Assembly (NCBI GenBank): GCA_000004985.1
Contig: GG738876.1
Direction: 5' to 3' (one strand)
Length of the DNA stretch: 64,000 bases
DNA from: Naegleria gruberi
Lineage: Eukaryota
The position numbers and the translations under genes were made by a program. The notes under the pieces were generated by a model. That model ran no database searches and had not been told where the DNA came from. It saw only the letters and a program-made list of their open reading frames with translations. Numbering within the stretch: the stretch's first letter is position 1; each line of letters begins with the position of its first letter. Shown one piece after another: positions 63,441 to 64,000 of this stretch.

Positions 63441-64000
63441 ATGAAAGCACAAGTCATTAATGATTATCTACAACCTTCTGAATTTAAATCTGATTGGGAA
63501 TTGCCAACATTCGATCCAAAGAGTGACCAAGTGATGGTTCGAATGAAATCATCTTCCATGAATCGTGGCGATTACACAATTAGAAGTGGAGCAGTCAAGA
63601 CTTTTGTTTCCTTAAAGTTTCCATATATTTTGGGAAAGGAAGGCAGTGGTATTGTGGAGAGAGTTGGAGAGAAGGTAAAATCAATTCAGATTGGTGAGCA
63701 AGTTGCTGGAATTTTTGGTGAGGTCACTAAAAATGGAACATTTGCAGAGTTTGCAGTTTTTAAAGAGAAGGAATTGGTTAGAAAACCTGATTGTCTGGAT
63801 TTTGATCAAGCTTCGATAATGCCTGCTATTGGAATGGCTATTGTGGAAATGTGTCGATCACATGATTGGATTTTACCAATTATTGAAAGAGAGGCAGATA
63901 GAATTGCCAATGGTCAAGGGCTGACACCAGAATATGATGAATCTGAAAAGAAATCCATGACCATTGTTGTGATTGGAGCTAGTTCAGGAACTGGATGTAT
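63441..64000 (+). CDS. medium-chain dehydrogenase/reductase (zinc-type ADH / quinone-oxidoreductase-like), 5' part. Continues beyond the window end.
   Basis: ATG 63441 follows aaaaaaaaa. GroES-like N-domain (VMVRMKSSSMNRGDY...FPYILGKEGSGIVERVGEKV...GEQVAGIFGE...GTFAEFAVFKEKELVRKP) and the start of a Rossmann domain (MTIVVIGASSGTGC). The ORF is open to position 64000. Confidence 0.7.
   Translation, partial: MKAQVINDYLQPSEFKSDWELPTFDPKSDQVMVRMKSSSMNRGDYTIRSGAVKTFVSLKFPYILGKEGSGIVERVGEKVKSIQIGEQVAGIFGEVTKNGTFAEFAVFKEKELVRKPDCLDFDQASIMPAIGMAIVEMCRSHDWILPIIEREADRIANGQGLTPEYDESEKKSMTIVVIGASSGTGC

Noticed and set aside
1-64000. Prokaryote-style systems (operons, CRISPR arrays, defence islands, mobile elements, integrases)
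   Set aside because: All well-supported genes have eukaryotic features: spliceosomal introns, signal peptides, and protein families such as U-box/WD40 PRP19, G-alpha/RGS, F-box, Kelch and Zn2Cys6. There are no direct-repeat arrays, transposases, reverse transcriptases or tRNA-adjacent integrases. The TTG/GTG starts in the ORF track are artefacts of the ORF caller, not evidence of bacterial genes.

Overview
This is a 64-kb nuclear genomic window from an AT-rich, intron-containing eukaryote. Coding sequence is about 33-36% GC, while introns and intergenic DNA are far lower. Introns are short (42-105 nt) and spliceosomal, with GTAAGT/GTATGT/GTAATT donors and (A/T)AG acceptors. Start codons usually sit directly after an A-run (AAAAAATG). 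Stop codons TAA, TGA and TAG are all used, so the nuclear code is standard. The window is gene-dense on both strands: about 40 protein-coding genes and two tRNA genes (tRNA-Lys-UUU and tRNA-Ala-AGC). There is no rRNA, CRISPR array, transposase/RT, or any prokaryote-style operon. The supplied ORF track often begins ORFs at TTG/GTG and does not model introns, so several genes were re-delimited by hand from splice signals and protein homology. Clearly recognisable genes are a peroxisomal ABCD half-transporter, PRP19 (U-box plus WD40), a Cys-active MGMT, a methylisocitrate-lyase/PEP-mutase family enzyme with three exons, and a penicillin/AHL-acylase (Ntn hydrolase) fused to a 3-TM anchor. Also recognisable are three GAL4-type Zn2Cys6 factors (two in tandem), a Kelch protein, an FkbM-family methyltransferase with a type-II membrane anchor, an MDR oxidoreductase (partial, at the window end), and a Pmp3/UPF0057 proteolipid. 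The most interesting region is a signalling neighbourhood at 26.7-35.1 kb. It holds a Cys-rich-ectodomain 7TM receptor, the membrane acylase, a divergent G-alpha-like protein whose G1/G2/G4 nucleotide-binding motifs are degenerate, and, 23 bp tail-to-tail from it, a 2-TM RGS-domain protein. Other notable items are a protein carrying about six RNA-Pol-II CTD-like YSPTSPS heptads, an orphan actin 3' half starting exactly at a conserved internal Met, two highly repetitive secreted/membrane proteins (Lys/Cys-rich and Pro/Arg-rich), an F-box fused to a polytopic membrane domain (one of four F-box-like genes in the window), a two-domain methyltransferase, an F-box/LRR gene interrupted at an ATGA stop/start overlap, and a 40-N assembly gap inside a gene. 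Taxonomic placement is ambiguous from sequence alone. The Zn2Cys6 factors argue for fungal affinity, whereas poly-N/Q tracts, actin fragments, F-box abundance and the A-rich start context are dictyostelid-like.
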